Origin: Magallana gigas
Taxonomy: Eukaryota
DNA length: 64,000 nucleotides
Reading direction: 5' to 3'
Assembly: GCF_963853765.1 (NCBI RefSeq)
Contig: NC_088856.1
Coordinates: 28,582,001 to 28,646,000 of the forward strand
Part shown: positions 1 to 12,519 of the stretch, one piece after another
Position numbering within the stretch: position 1 is the first letter of the stretch
Layout: each line of letters begins with the position of its first letter
Position numbers and translations under genes: made by a program
Notes under the pieces: model-generated
Told to the model about the DNA's origin: nothing
The model's database searches: none
The model's input: the letters and a program-made list of their open reading frames with translations, nothing else

Positions 1-1599
1 TTAAGTTAAATGCAATTACCTGCAAATGTGACGCCTGCAATCAAGCAAAGGACAAGACAAATTCCACGTTTTTCCATTAGAGACTGCAAAGATGAAAATA
101 ATTAACTCAGTGTGTTTATTGCAACCAATTCTCAATTTAGCTAATATTCTCGTAATGTTTCATACGTGAATGTACTACAAACTCGATCTTAATGCTAAAT
201 TCATTCTCAGTAAAATTTCTGCTTTAAACTTTGGCTTATGATTTTTTTGGCCCTATACTAACGTTCAGTAAAAAAAATCGAATATAATAGCTTTGAAATC
301 TTAAGCAGTTTACAATATCTCTATACATAGCTCTTTACATGGAGGTACATTTGGCCTAAAAATGGCCAATATCATCCAACCCTCTTTAATTAAAATAATA
401 TGAATGAAATCAACTCACCTGAATTTGTACCTGATAACACGAACTAGGTATATTCCGACGTTGCCATCGTTTTATACACACGCATTGTGAAAAAAACAAT
501 TTAGAAGGGGACACTTCGATAAATCTGTTACATTTTCTGCTGTCATTTCTATCCCTTAATAATTGCTCAAGTATGTAATTCCAGCTATGGCGTATGAAAA
601 TATGGAGTTAAAATAATGTTACAGCTTTAGGGATGCATGTTGCATTCCAGAATACACCTGATTTAAAAACTGTTTGTATCAATGCATGTATGAAACATGC
701 ACGCATCGCATGTTACCCATAACAACCAATCCCTCCAACGGAACTCAATAATCCCAGTAAAAAATGTTTACTTAGCTCTTATCAGTGGAATGTAGGGGAA
801 TCCGTAATGCAAAACAAAACAATTGACGTAAACAAATATATTTTTCAATGAAAAAAATGGTTTACATATTATTTATGGAATAATGAAAAATTTCATTTTA
901 ATTATCAAAACTAATTAAAACTGAAACCCATGTATGGCGAAATTTTAGACTTTTGATATAATTATGTTATAGTACGAATTACGCCCTTTTAAAGACATTA
1001 TTGTCATTCGTATATTTAAATTTCTCGTATAATGTTCGTAAGACAAATTGACTCGTAAGAAAAAAATGTAAGGAAATTGTCTTGTACATATAACATATAC
1101 CTTGACTATTCGAAAACTATTTTTTAAATACGACTGAGTCTATGTGGCTTGTACGATTACTATCTTGAAGTTACGACCGAGTCTTAATACATTGTAATAT
1201 GATCCCCTATATGCAACAAATTCTCTCATATATACGACTTGTTCTGATTTATGTCGTTTGACTCGTAATTACAACATGTATCCTCGTTCTTCCGACTTGG
1301 TATCCTGTAAGAACGACTTGTTGGCTCGGATGTTTTACTTGCTTGAACTTCGGTATTACAGATTTAATATCTTGTATATATATGACTTTGTATCTCATGG
1401 GTATAAACAACATGAATATGTATACTCTCTCAAAAACCATTTATGCATCACATTTTGTTCAATAACTCAAAACTCATTAAAATCAAAACTTTTAAAAGAT
1501 GGTTATTCAAAGTAAAAGAAGAACGTTTAGAGAAGAAATCAGATGATTCTACAGATAAAACAGACAGAGATATCGGTAAAAAAAAAAAACCTGAAAAAT

Positions 1600-1700
1600 T
1601 AGCCTCACCTCACCTCCGCCCCGGCCGGGGCTTGAACTCATGACCTCTGAAACCAACTCTACTAGCATTGAGCGGCCGGGTTGGAGGCGGAGCTCCAATA
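1600..1700 (-). mobile_element. tRNA-derived SINE-like head (degenerate)
   Basis: The minus strand reads ...CGCTCAATGCTAGTAGAG...AGAGGTCATGAGTTCAAGCCCCGGCCGGGGC. This gives a Pol III B-box (GAGTTCAAGCCC) preceded by a degenerate A-box-like segment. It is a GC-rich island in AT-rich DNA with no complete cloverleaf. Confidence 0.45.
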
Positions 1701-2610
1701 TAGTGAATTTTCTGCCTAAAATACATTCCCTGCTATGGGAATGCATATCTCAGTTTAACATTTCACATGTCTAGTTTAGATAAATCCAGATATGAATAAT
1801 ATACATATGTGCATACTAAAAGTTTAATATCCAATCTGTAGTGACATTGAACAGATTGTACATGCAAAGAACAAAAAGCAGGATAAATTGTAGGTTCTAT
1901 AAAAATGTATCATAAAAATTGCGGCAACGAAATAAAATTCTTACTATAAGTAACTGTTGTATTATTCAGTTAGAGTTTACAGCAAATAAACTACAAAATC
2001 CTTAATTTTCGTTTAACACTTTTTCTTATTGTATGGTGGAATAAGGATCATGACTGAAAAAAAACTGAACTTTATTTATTTTACGATTGATAAGCAAGCT
2101 CTACAACTTATATTAATATACAATATAGGATCATGACGGATGATGAATAATTGATTCAGTCCATTCAACCCGAAAAGCAAACCCGAATCATCCTGATCAT
2201 TGATGCGTTTTCTGGGTTTGTTCAATTAAAGTACTGTTAAGCATAAAATTGTGACATTAATATATCTCAAGTGTACTATGTTCTACAGCATCTATCGTAG
2301 GAGGGGCTTCTCTTCCATTTTCTTCAATTTATTCTGGTCGACTTTAGCATAACATGTCAGGAACGTATTTTATGAATATCTGTACCTTCTTTTAGAGAAT
2401 TACCAATCCACCCGTCACAATATACATGTACATTTAATAACATGACAATATGAAGACTCAACAAATGAATATGATCAAAATATAATGAGACGTCAGTGAA
2501 TATATTCCAGTTTTCGAAATACTTTTCTTCATGTCATATATTATTCGTATTTGCACTAGCAGTGTATTTTTTAAGATTAATAATAATATGAATCCCCTTC
2601 AGATAAGCTC

Positions 2611-4693
2611 TTAGTCTTCGTCACTTTCTCTCATATAGAGAACGCTAAATCTGTTTCCGGTACTCTGGTAACTTGTTTGAACACGCTGTGTTCTTTTGTT
2701 TTCTTTCTTTTTTTCTGTACGATCCGTACACTCTTCAAAATATCTGGATGCGGCAGCTATTCCCTTTGAGTCAAGAGCATTAATCACAGCATCAAAAAGG
2801 CATTGATGTATTTGTGCAAGATTTGATTCCATTAAAAGAACTTTATGTATTAATAAGTCAGCAGATTTTTGTTTCTTAAGCTCTAGATAAACATTGTACA
2901 AAAATGTCCCTGAAAATAGATGATGTATGCATGGATTTGGAAACGGGCACATCAAAAGAGAGTTTAGGTGCATAGTACCCATAAGACAAGTCTGGAATTG
3001 TGCAAATCCATGGATTACACCAATGTCAACCGGGTGTTCTGTGGTATGGTGAATTTTGGAACTATATTGATTGAGTTTGAAAAAGACCTCTTTAAGAGAC
3101 TTATCGGTCATGTCCAGAACTGTAACTTCTATCAAATTTTTCTCACATCCAGTAGTACCATGATGAAAAAGAACCCATTTCAATTTCAACATTATCAGAC
3201 AGACCAGTATGCTGTGCAAATGGAAAATAGTTACATGTGGCTTGACTCTCTTAATCCAAAATAAAACTATTCCCAGAACTAGTTCTAGGTCCTTGGTCAT
3301 ATAATCGATGCTTAAAGACGGCATATCGATTATCCGACGAAGAATATTTTCTTTTTCAGATGACGAAAGGTTTGGAATTACTGAAAGCTTTGGGAGTTCG
3401 CCATATCCTGTCAAAGTTCTAAGAGCATGAACAGTTTCCCCCAAAAGTGTATGCCCATTTCGATCATGTTCTTCGACATCAGAAATCCTGTTTGCTGCCA
3501 ATCCTTTGTCGACGATGTCTTCTGAAAGCAGTATTCCGTACATATATTCTCTAAGTTTTGCACTACACCAATAGGAGGATGTTGAATTTGGATATTCCAC
3601 CTGATAATGTTATTATGTCTAAGGAACTTGGCGGAAGAATGCCTTGTCTATGGTAACAAACATACCATTACAGATTCATCGAACCCTTTTGCCATCGTAT
3701 TTGTTTCGCAATTGCACTGCTATCTTGCTTAAAGTATGGAAACAAGGAAAATTCCGAGTCTGTTGCATTGAAAGTAAATACTTCTATGGTTCTATCTAGA
3801 GCTGATGATATAGTTTCTAGCTGTTGTGGAGTTAATGCCTTTGATTTGATTGGCGAAATTCCGTTCTCATACGTTTTCAAACTTTCTAACCACAGAAGGA
3901 CTTTGTGGGTCCTTTTGTCAGTTATTGGAATACTTCTAAACTGTGTATCCCCTTCATATCTCCAGATGGAAGAATAAAATGGTTTAAAAATCTGTATGTC
4001 AACATAATCATTTCCTAGGAGCAGAGCCAGCAAGGGGAGGACATTTCTTCCTAAAAGTGGAAAGAAATCAACAAACTTGTTCACATGATATATTCGAGCA
4101 GTAAGAAATTTTTCCAAACCATCATTCACAATTCTGGTTTCCTCTTCAGGAAAACATACACTGTCAAGAGGTATGAATCCAGGTGTTAAAGGAAATATAT
4201 AAAAATCACTATCATTGGACAAAACTGGACAATTCAACCTGTTTGCAAGTTTTGCAATTTCTTTGTCAGCCTCAAAGTCACATACTGCAAACGGAATCTT
4301 AATTTCTTTCAAGACTGCTTTAAAAGTGTCAAATGCCATGATAGGCATTACTTTACAATTTCCCTTATATCCCTTTGCTAGTTGCATGGCCATCTCAAGC
4401 CTCTCTTTCATCCTTTTACGATTTGTCTGAAATTTCATGTCATTTGCATCATTTCCACCATCAAACACAATATAAGGCTGAATGTTGCAACAGTGGAAGA
4501 GTTTAAAGAATTTAATTATTTTATCAGCGAACTGGTCATAATCTCCACCGTGAATAAAATCCAATTGATTATAATAAAAGATGAAGTGGTACAAGCTATT
4601 TCCATCTATGACTACCTCTGTGTCATGCAGTCGAATTTCTTCCATAAGCTGTGGATTACTATTCATGAACGTTGTCAATCCTTTAATTCCCAT
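2611..4693 (-). pseudogene. ASTE1: Asteroid homolog 1-like (FEN1/XPG-family PIN nuclease), copy 1, disrupted
   Basis: MGIKGLTTF start and motifs VIDGNS, VFDGG, CDFEAD, LSNDSDF and GNDY. An in-frame TAA lies at 3670-3668; the frame continues WYVCYHRQGILPPSSLDIITL, matching copy 2. A 20-nt deletion at ~3604 then removes HRKLLVP and shifts into the 2611-3600 ORF (QVEYPNS...). The C-terminus ends in a basic stretch plus NRFSVL and an acidic tail. Confidence 0.9.
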
Positions 4694-6171
4694 GTTTCAC
4701 CGTCGTAAAGAAAGTGGAATTTAGGTTTTAACACTTGTAGATTTTTTATACAGCTGATTCAAAAAGGACTTCTGAAAAAGAAAAGGAAAAATACAGAATG
4801 TGAATCACTAAGTTACTAGTAACATAATCAACGTAATAATTTTTGCAAAGTAACACAGGAAATGCAGTGTAAAGTACGATTGTTTCAACAACAAAAATTC
4901 GTAATACCATATAATATAATTACATGTATAATAATTACAATTCTCTCCAAACGTGCATTTCAAACGGAGAAATAAAGTTTATCTCAAGAAGGAAAAACGT
5001 TACAAATTGCACTTGCCCATTTTGTGCTTTTTGTAACGACCAACTTCATTGACAAAGGACTCTCATATTTTAGGACCACCAGTGCATGAACTGCAATCCT
5101 GTAAAATTACCTCAGTAACAACTGAACATCATAAATAGATCATTTAAAAATAAATGTGTAGATCCAAATACTCCAGTTTTATTTTTCAAAACTTTAAATC
5201 AGTTTACAAATTCCATAACCCTAAGCCTGGTATTCGTTCCCAAAACAATTTTAAACTTTGACTTCTGTGTGGGTTTTTTTTTTTTCATTTAAATAGAAAG
5301 TTTACTTTCGTTCTGAGTTCCATTGCGTGCGTTCAGGCTTAAAATGAAATGGCCTGCAATCGTATCACTGAAAAGATCTCATTCATTTGGATTTGAAAAA
5401 AAAAAAATTGTACTGACGCAGGGTATTCTTTTATAAAGACACTGCCTTATGTGCCGAGATCCGATTCATTGGTAAATATTCAAATTCTTGTATATTCATA
5501 CCCTGTCCTATTACGCAAAAATTAAGCTGGATAAATGATCATTGCATTTTGCAGGGATTTATTCAGTCTGATGTTATTACTATTCCTTTAACCGACGTTC
5601 TCTCTCAATGCCATTCAATGCGGTTCGTATATACCCATCAATGCTAGACTACATTGGTAAATCTATTCAGTATTTCACTTCACCACAGGATTTTAAAACT
5701 AAAAACAACATTTTTAAAATAATTCATTAATACTCAATAACATTTTACATTCAGCTAAGCTATTATATTTTGAATTATTCAAGATTGGTTTGGTTTAATA
5801 ACTGACTTTTAATCTAGTTCATTGGATGTGATTTCTTCAAGTACTGATCATTGAGAAGAGAAATGGATAAAATCACTCAAATTTAAACGGTGTGTCAAAA
5901 GCCGTACATGGACAGCTTTATATTTAATTAATTTCATTAAGTGTGATTAGTACAATATTGATCTGTTCAATATCTACCAATATCATATAGTTTAACACAA
6001 TGAAATTTATTACTTGTATATGAGTTTAATGCAATTGGAAGAATATAATTGTTCTGTTAAAGCAAGAAGAGCATAGCGAAAAAGGGGAAGAGAAAAGACA
6101 GGAGTTTGTTGATGCAGATCATAATACAGTCTTTCATACAATTTGGTGCTTTACGGTAAAACTTTCTCCAA

Positions 6172-6545
6172 AAACAAGCATTCTGAGAGTATTGTATAAG
6201 CAATACACGTCCCCTACTGGTTTGTGGAAATTGTGAAAACAATACACTGTTATGCAGAATATCGAACCCGAACATTAAAAAATTGGAATATAAAAAATAA
6301 ATTTTCTCGAAAATATGTCAACCAGACGCTACAAAATTGTAAACTTGATCTGTAGTTTGACATTTTGAAGCTGTTCAGCAAATTTCATATTATTCCTCAA
6401 ACGCATAAGGAAAAAAGGTGTTGAAAACTGAAGTGGGACAGACAGACGGAAAGACAGACAGGCGGACGAACGGACGGACAGACGGACTGACGGACGCACA
6501 GGAAAGCTATAGTCCCCTCCGGAGAAAACTGGTAGGGGACTAATA
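6172..6545 (+). mobile_element. Non-autonomous Helentron-like (HINE / pearl-CvA-like) element
   Basis: Starts AAACAAG. The 5' subterminal GTCCCCTACTGG (6209-6220) is inverted to the 3' CTGGTAGGGGAC. A GACA/GACG microsatellite spans ~6440-6500, the 3' hairpin is TAGTCCCCT...AGGGGACTA (6510-6542), and the flanks are A-rich. Confidence 0.75.
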
Positions 6546-8302
6546 AAATTTTTTTACGAATAAATCTTATAAAAGATTCAAAATTAAAACTCTTTTGATA
6601 CAAGATTACTTGGAATTTGTATTGAATTTGGAAAGAGTACGATCCAACTAAATACAACACCTAATCAAATTTATTTTCATTTACAGATATTTATAACGGA
6701 CTAGGCGTTTGCCAGATATTGTTAAGGGCCAATTGCTTTTTTTTTTAATCCAAATGAATCAAATCTTTTCAATAATTTGTTTGAAATCTATTTCATTTTA
6801 AGCCCAAACGCACGCAATGGAATTCAGAGCGACAGTTTGTGCAGTAATGACGCAAGGTAATTTTTGATCTTATGGAACGCGATCAGATACATTGGTAAAT
6901 GCTTGTTTATTCATTCAGAAATATGCCAACATGCATTTTGAATGTTGAAGTGGAAATTCCAGTTTTGCACCTAAAATGAAGGTGTGAACGTTAGAAACTT
7001 TCAATTTATGCTTTAAATGACTAAGAAGATAAACAAATTAGCTCGAAAAAAGGTTTTTTTCTCGTATATAAAAACTCATGTAAACAAAAACAGAGCACGA
7101 GACAAAGAATTGTAAGCAATGTATCTTGCTTATTATTCTAAGACTGACTTTCATTTGATCATTTGAAACGCATTTCTAATGCATCGTAAATAATAAAAAC
7201 AGAAAATTATAATTTAGACAAAAATCGTGACCATGCCCTTTTATAATTGAAAGCTCTCCTAATATACCCAAAAATGTCTTCTGGTTTTTTTTGTCCACAA
7301 AATTTAGATTCGAATTCTTTCAAAGTTTTAGAGATAATCTGATAACACAAAATATTCCTTTTATACACACGAATCATTGACAAAACACAATGTTTAGTTC
7401 GTTAATGCTCATTCATTTTCTACTGTCATTCTGCCTTATTGAACAGTTGCAAATTTGGCGTGAAAATATGAAGTTAAAAAAATGTTTACAATTTTATGGT
7501 GTTCAAATTTGCATATCTGTAGAATAATTATTTGTGAATTTATAGGTGATATTTCTTAAAGTGCATGAATGTGAAATAATTAGACAAAGATAAAGACATA
7601 AATAATGTATAATTATTACTTTAGATTTTTATTAAATGAAAAATGAAAGCTAACATCTTAAGAGGATCTCTTATTCGCATACATATGCTTTATTGACGTA
7701 TACATTTGTGTTAAATTAATATGTACCTTCTATACGTGTAATCATCATGTCCTTATACTCGTATACGACAGCTTATTTTCATCAACAAAACGAAACAAAA
7801 CAAAAAATAAACATAATTCATATGAAATACCACCTTACTGTCTATTAAATTTAACAATGCTTAAAGGAATAAAAAGAAAGTTACATAGATAAAATATCAA
7901 ATATTAAACGTGCAATAAATAACACGTATATCGACGGTAAAGTGGACAACAAGAAATGCTGTCTATACACATGTATTGTAACGGTCATTACAAACAAAAA
8001 ATGTAAATCAAAAAACTATACAACGCCTGTCGTTAACAATTATGGGCATTATACCGAAAAAAAAAATAATTATCATTTACTATTCTATCGAATATTTGTT
8101 TTGAGTGCTGATTGACTTTTTCAATCAATCTAAAATGGCCAAAATAACAGATTTTAAGGCACTTTTTTAAATCATCCAAACGACTTTGACAACATAAGCC
8201 AAAGTTATAATTGTACTAGCTATAGTATATTGACAAATTATCTTTGCATAGAAAAATCTTTAATCGTTAAACAGTAGTAACGTTGACGTTTCTTGAACTG
8301 AT

Positions 8303-8732
8303 TCAAGGAACTGCGGTTATATTTTATTAGTTTCACGGTCAAGAGATATTTTTACATATGGTCCACTCACTTTCTAACTAAACAAGTGCCTTTTGTGATA
8401 ATTAATATGTAAACGGTGTGACGTAGGACCGAGCGCAGATTTAACACTTTGCAGTTTGATTTTTGTAGAACAAATTAAATTTATTTGAAACGCACACAGC
8501 AGAATCCGCCTGGTTGCCTACTCAAATCATTAGCCAAAGTTTAACTAAACGTCGCGTGCTCAGTATATATTATGACGTCATGTTTCAGACATAAATCGTA
8601 CACGCTTTGTCTTCGGAAATAGCCGAAGAGAGTTATGTTAATTATTCCGAACTTTTTTTATTTCTTCTTTCATATAAATGCCGCGGTAATAAATTTGAAT
8701 ACTTATTCAGTATCTAAAGATCAGTTCCTTGA
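8303..8732. mobile_element. TIR-bounded MITE
   Basis: Exact 11-bp inverted repeat TCAAGGAACTG (8303-8313) / CAGTTCCTTGA (8722-8732). No clean TSD identified. Confidence 0.45.
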
Positions 8733-9200
8733 TGTTAATGTTTTTTTTCATTTTCCGATAATTTGATAAGACATACATAGAACTAGTCGTGTCTTTTGAT
8801 TGAAGCACTATTGAAACATATCTGGTGTCCTCTTCTATTTCTTTTAATTCAAACTACCTTCTATTAAAACACTGGAACATTTTAATCGAGTTTAGGGGCA
8901 ATAAACATCGATAAGCACCAGTCAATCAATAACCGAACTAACTTTTTAAAAACAAAATGGCTGCCAATATGGCGGCGCCCAGGGCTGGAGGACATTTTTT
9001 TGGCCTTAGTACCCCTGATTCAACTTTCATTTTTCACTGATTTTCTTATATATATGTGTTACCATTCATCCTTGCTTCGCCCACCTCTTGCTGCGCTCGG
9101 TATAATCATTAATATCGTTGCCATTTTTAGGCTACATTGATATTTTTTATAAAAAGGACTTCTATATGAAAAGTAGGAAAATATCGAAATTTAAAGTGTA

Positions 9201-9780
9201 AAGGACTATATATGATAAAGGCCTAAAATGGCCCCCTAAAATGAACATCATCATTTTACTATCATTCTTTGTTTTCTTAGTACAGATATGTATGTGATGT
9301 GTTTACATAATATTCATTTTTGTTCAAGTGCTCACAATTTAGAAATGCGACATTGTAAAGACAACCTTTTCCCGCCATTTTTGCATTTTTAGTGTAAAAC
9401 AGCTTGTTTTCAAGCAGTTTTTCCTTCCGAAAACATAGAGCGCATTCTTGAACAAATAAAATATTTTAATCAGAGATGTATCTAGCCAAGACTAATAAGT
9501 GAGAAAAAATTTTCCTTGTTCAAGCATGCGCTCTATATTTCCCATTCGTAAATAGATAAGAAAAATGTTAATTTTTGGCTGATTTTGATTGAATTTTAGA
9601 AATGGCGTCACTTTTGACGTCATATACTGCCAGTGAGTGCAAATAAATCAAATAAATAGATGAAAAATATATTTTATATCAACTCTTCTAAAAAATTAAT
9701 TAACATTTTATTGTATCCGAAGCACTTAAAAAATGGCCAATTATGGGGGCCAAAATTAACTCTTATCATATATAGTTCTT
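9201..9780. mobile_element. MITE, 580 bp, TA-flanked
   Basis: TIRs AAGGACTATATATGATAA / TTATCATATATAGTTCTT (1 mismatch in 18), with TA at 9199-9200 and 9781-9782. Confidence 0.85.
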
Positions 9781-10230
9781 TATGGATTTTTTCTTTACAA
9801 AATGATAGTTTATAGCTGAACAAACCATATCTTAAAACTTAAAATTTGATGGTTGATTTGTTGACCATCCAGCCTCTTAATTAGTTTTTTCTAATTTGTT
9901 TTCACTTGCAATTTAATAATTTGATGACCTAATTATGATAAATTAGTTATATCCATAATTTGTATATGCGTTAAATCTGTGGATGTTTGGTACTTGTACA
10001 TGTACATATATGTACCATTAAAGTTCAGCCATAATGAATTTTGATGATTTTACAGTTGAAACAAAATAATCACTTGTATTGTCTACATCACTCTTCAGAA
10101 AATATCACTCACTTTCTGCAAAAGAAACGGGGGCAACTTTGTTACAAACGATTTTAAAGTATATATATCATTCATAAATTTGGACGCAACATGATCATTT
10201 GTCTTTACTGTTGTCTTCATGATCAATTTG

Positions 10231-12201
10231 CTATCTGAAACATCTATATGCAAGTGGGCCGAGAGCCTTAATTACAGCATCATAGAGGCACTGGTATGCA
10301 CGTGAAACACTTGAGTTCTTTGAAAGCAGTTCATGTATGAATAAAATAGGAGATCTTTGTCTCTGGAGCTCTATACAAATGCTGTGCATCAAAGTTCCTG
10401 AAAATATTTGTGATATGGATGGACTTGGGAAGGGACACATCAAAAGATAATTAAACTGCATAGTTGCCATAATGCAAGTTTGAAACTGTGCAAATCCATG
10501 AATCAAATCACATTCTAATGGATGTTTCTTATTTTCTTTAGACCAGGCGACAAATGATTGAAGTCTGGAGCTGATCGCTTTTTGATTTTCAGTACCCATG
10601 CTTAAAACCGCATCTTCTATCAAGTTTTTCTCACATCCAGTAGGACCATGGTGAAAAAGTACCCATTTTACTTTCAACAAAATTAAACAAACCAGAACAC
10701 TCTGCAAATGAAAAATGGTAACTCGTGGCTTGGCTTTCTTTATCCAAAATACAACGATTCCGAGAACTAACTCAAGGTCTTTGGTTATATGATCGATGCT
10801 AAAAGAAGGCATATTAATTACTAGACGGAGGATATTTTCTTTTCCACATGGTGAAAGGTCTGGAATCTCTGAAAGTGTTGGAAGTTTGCCATATTCAGAT
10901 AAAGTATCTAAAGAGTGAACAAGTTTGCCCCTGATTTCTTGTCCACTACGATCAAACTCCTTGACAACATACATCCTGTTTGAAGCCACTCCCTCATTTG
11001 GTAGAAATCCATCAATGTGCTCTGAAAGTAAAATCCCATACATATATCTTCTTATACTTTCGCTGCATTGATAGGAGGACACTGACGATTTAGGATCTTC
11101 CACTTGGGGAACCAAAAGCTTTCTGTGTAATGTAATAATATCCATGCAACTTGGTGGAATAATTCCTTGTCTGTGTTGACAAACATACCACGCTGGAACC
11201 ATCGATCCGTTCTGACCTCGTAATGGTTCGCTGAATATAGTGCTCTTTTCCATGAAGTAAGAACTCAGAGAAAATGTGGTACCTGTTGTATTTGGTTTAA
11301 ACGCCTCCTCGGTAATTTTTATAGCCAATGAAATAGCGTCCTTATTTTGTGACTTTGACAGAATTTTCTCAATGCCTTCTCTATATGATTTTAAGTTTTG
11401 CAGCCAGAAAATGATTTTAAGAGTCCGTTTGTCGTCTGTTGGATCCGTGAGTTGTGTTTTTCCTTCTAATTGGATTGAAGCACAAAACGATTGAAATACT
11501 GTATGGTCCACATAGTCATTTCCAAGGAGGGCAGCTAATAATGGTAATACATCTCTTCCTAGAGACGGAAAGAATTTAACAAAATTATTGACATGGTATC
11601 GTCGAGCAGGAAGACAATGTTTCAGACTACCATTCTCCATTCTCATGCCTTGCAACGTGAAATTTAGGCTTTCAAAACGGATAAATCCAGATGTTATAGG
11701 TAAAATATAGAAATCACTATCGTCGGATAAAACTGGACAGTTGAACTGGTTTGCCAGATTTGCTATTTCTATGTCGGCCTCAAAATCACAAACAACAAAC
11801 GGTATCGTAATTTCCAACAAAACCGCTATAAACGTGTCGCGTGCCATTATTGGCATAACCCTGCAATAGTCACGTTGTTGTTTTGTTAGTTGAATGGCCA
11901 TTTTTAGCCTCTTTCGAATTCTACTTAGAACAGTCTGGAATTTTTTATTATTTGGTTCATTCCCACCATCAAGAACAACAAATGGTTGTATCTTGCAGGA
12001 GTGAAGAAGGCTAAAAAACTCTCTGATTTTTAGAGCATACCTGTCATAATCTCCACCGTGAAGGAGGTCAAGTTTGTTTTTGTAATATAAAAAATGGTAC
12101 AAGCTATTGCCGTCTATGACTACTTTTGTAGCATAAAGTCGAAATTCATCCGTAAGTTGTGGATTACCATTTATAAAGGTTGTCAATCCTAAAATCCCCA
12201 T
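10231..12201 (-). CDS. ASTE1: Asteroid homolog 1-like structure-specific nuclease, copy 2, open ORF of 656 aa
   Basis: Uninterrupted ORF starting MGILGLTTF, with acidic PIN/FEN1-type motifs VIDGNS, VLDGG, CDFEAD, LSDDSDF and GNDY, and C-terminal HGFAQFQ...FPSP..SQIFSG typical of asteroid proteins. The start context TGAAACATGGG is shared by all three copies. A putative 5'UTR intron acceptor (TCTCTTTCTAG) lies near 12247. Confidence 0.92.
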   Translation of the reverse strand: MGILGLTTFINGNPQLTDEFRLYATKVVIDGNSLYHFLYYKNKLDLLHGGDYDRYALKIREFFSLLHSCKIQPFVVLDGGNEPNNKKFQTVLSRIRKRLKMAIQLTKQQRDYCRVMPIMARDTFIAVLLEITIPFVVCDFEADIEIANLANQFNCPVLSDDSDFYILPITSGFIRFESLNFTLQGMRMENGSLKHCLPARRYHVNNFVKFFPSLGRDVLPLLAALLGNDYVDHTVFQSFCASIQLEGKTQLTDPTDDKRTLKIIFWLQNLKSYREGIEKILSKSQNKDAISLAIKITEEAFKPNTTGTTFSLSSYFMEKSTIFSEPLRGQNGSMVPAWYVCQHRQGIIPPSCMDIITLHRKLLVPQVEDPKSSVSSYQCSESIRRYMYGILLSEHIDGFLPNEGVASNRMYVVKEFDRSGQEIRGKLVHSLDTLSEYGKLPTLSEIPDLSPCGKENILRLVINMPSFSIDHITKDLELVLGIVVFWIKKAKPRVTIFHLQSVLVCLILLKVKWVLFHHGPTGCEKNLIEDAVLSMGTENQKAISSRLQSFVAWSKENKKHPLECDLIHGFAQFQTCIMATMQFNYLLMCPFPSPSISQIFSGTLMHSICIELQRQRSPILFIHELLSKNSSVSRAYQCLYDAVIKALGPLAYRCFR

Positions 12202-12519
12202 GTTTCATCGAGAATGTTGTTATTTTTGTCGAAACAATTGTAGACCTAGAAAGAGATATGTTTTTTATGGGGTCCTGAAAGTTACAACAGTGATGCATAA
12301 ATTGAGATACCAGGTCAACAATTATAAAAATTATTCATGATATTTTGCCGAGCAATTAATCAGGGAAATAGTCATCATAACTTTATAAAACTATCTAGTT
12401 TTACTTAAAGAAATTAATTTGAAAAAATTCTGAAGATTTTCTGTACATGTATATGTATTGCATAAAAGTTTTACTTACGCATTCATATGAAAAATAATTT
12501 CCCACTCTCTTATTTTGCC

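Noticed and set aside
1600-1700. Functional tRNA gene
   Set aside because: A B-box is present, but there is no acceptor stem or anticodon arm. Kept only as a SINE-like head.
3598-3670. Stop-codon readthrough or selenocysteine joining the two ASTE1 copy 1 ORFs
   Set aside because: The stop is TAA, not TGA, and is followed 63 nt later by a 20-nt frameshifting deletion of conserved residues.
10231-12201. ASTE1 copies as retrogenes because the coding regions are uninterrupted
   Set aside because: There are no polyA tails or TSDs, 5'UTR acceptors are present upstream, and flanking DNA is shared between copies 1 and 2.
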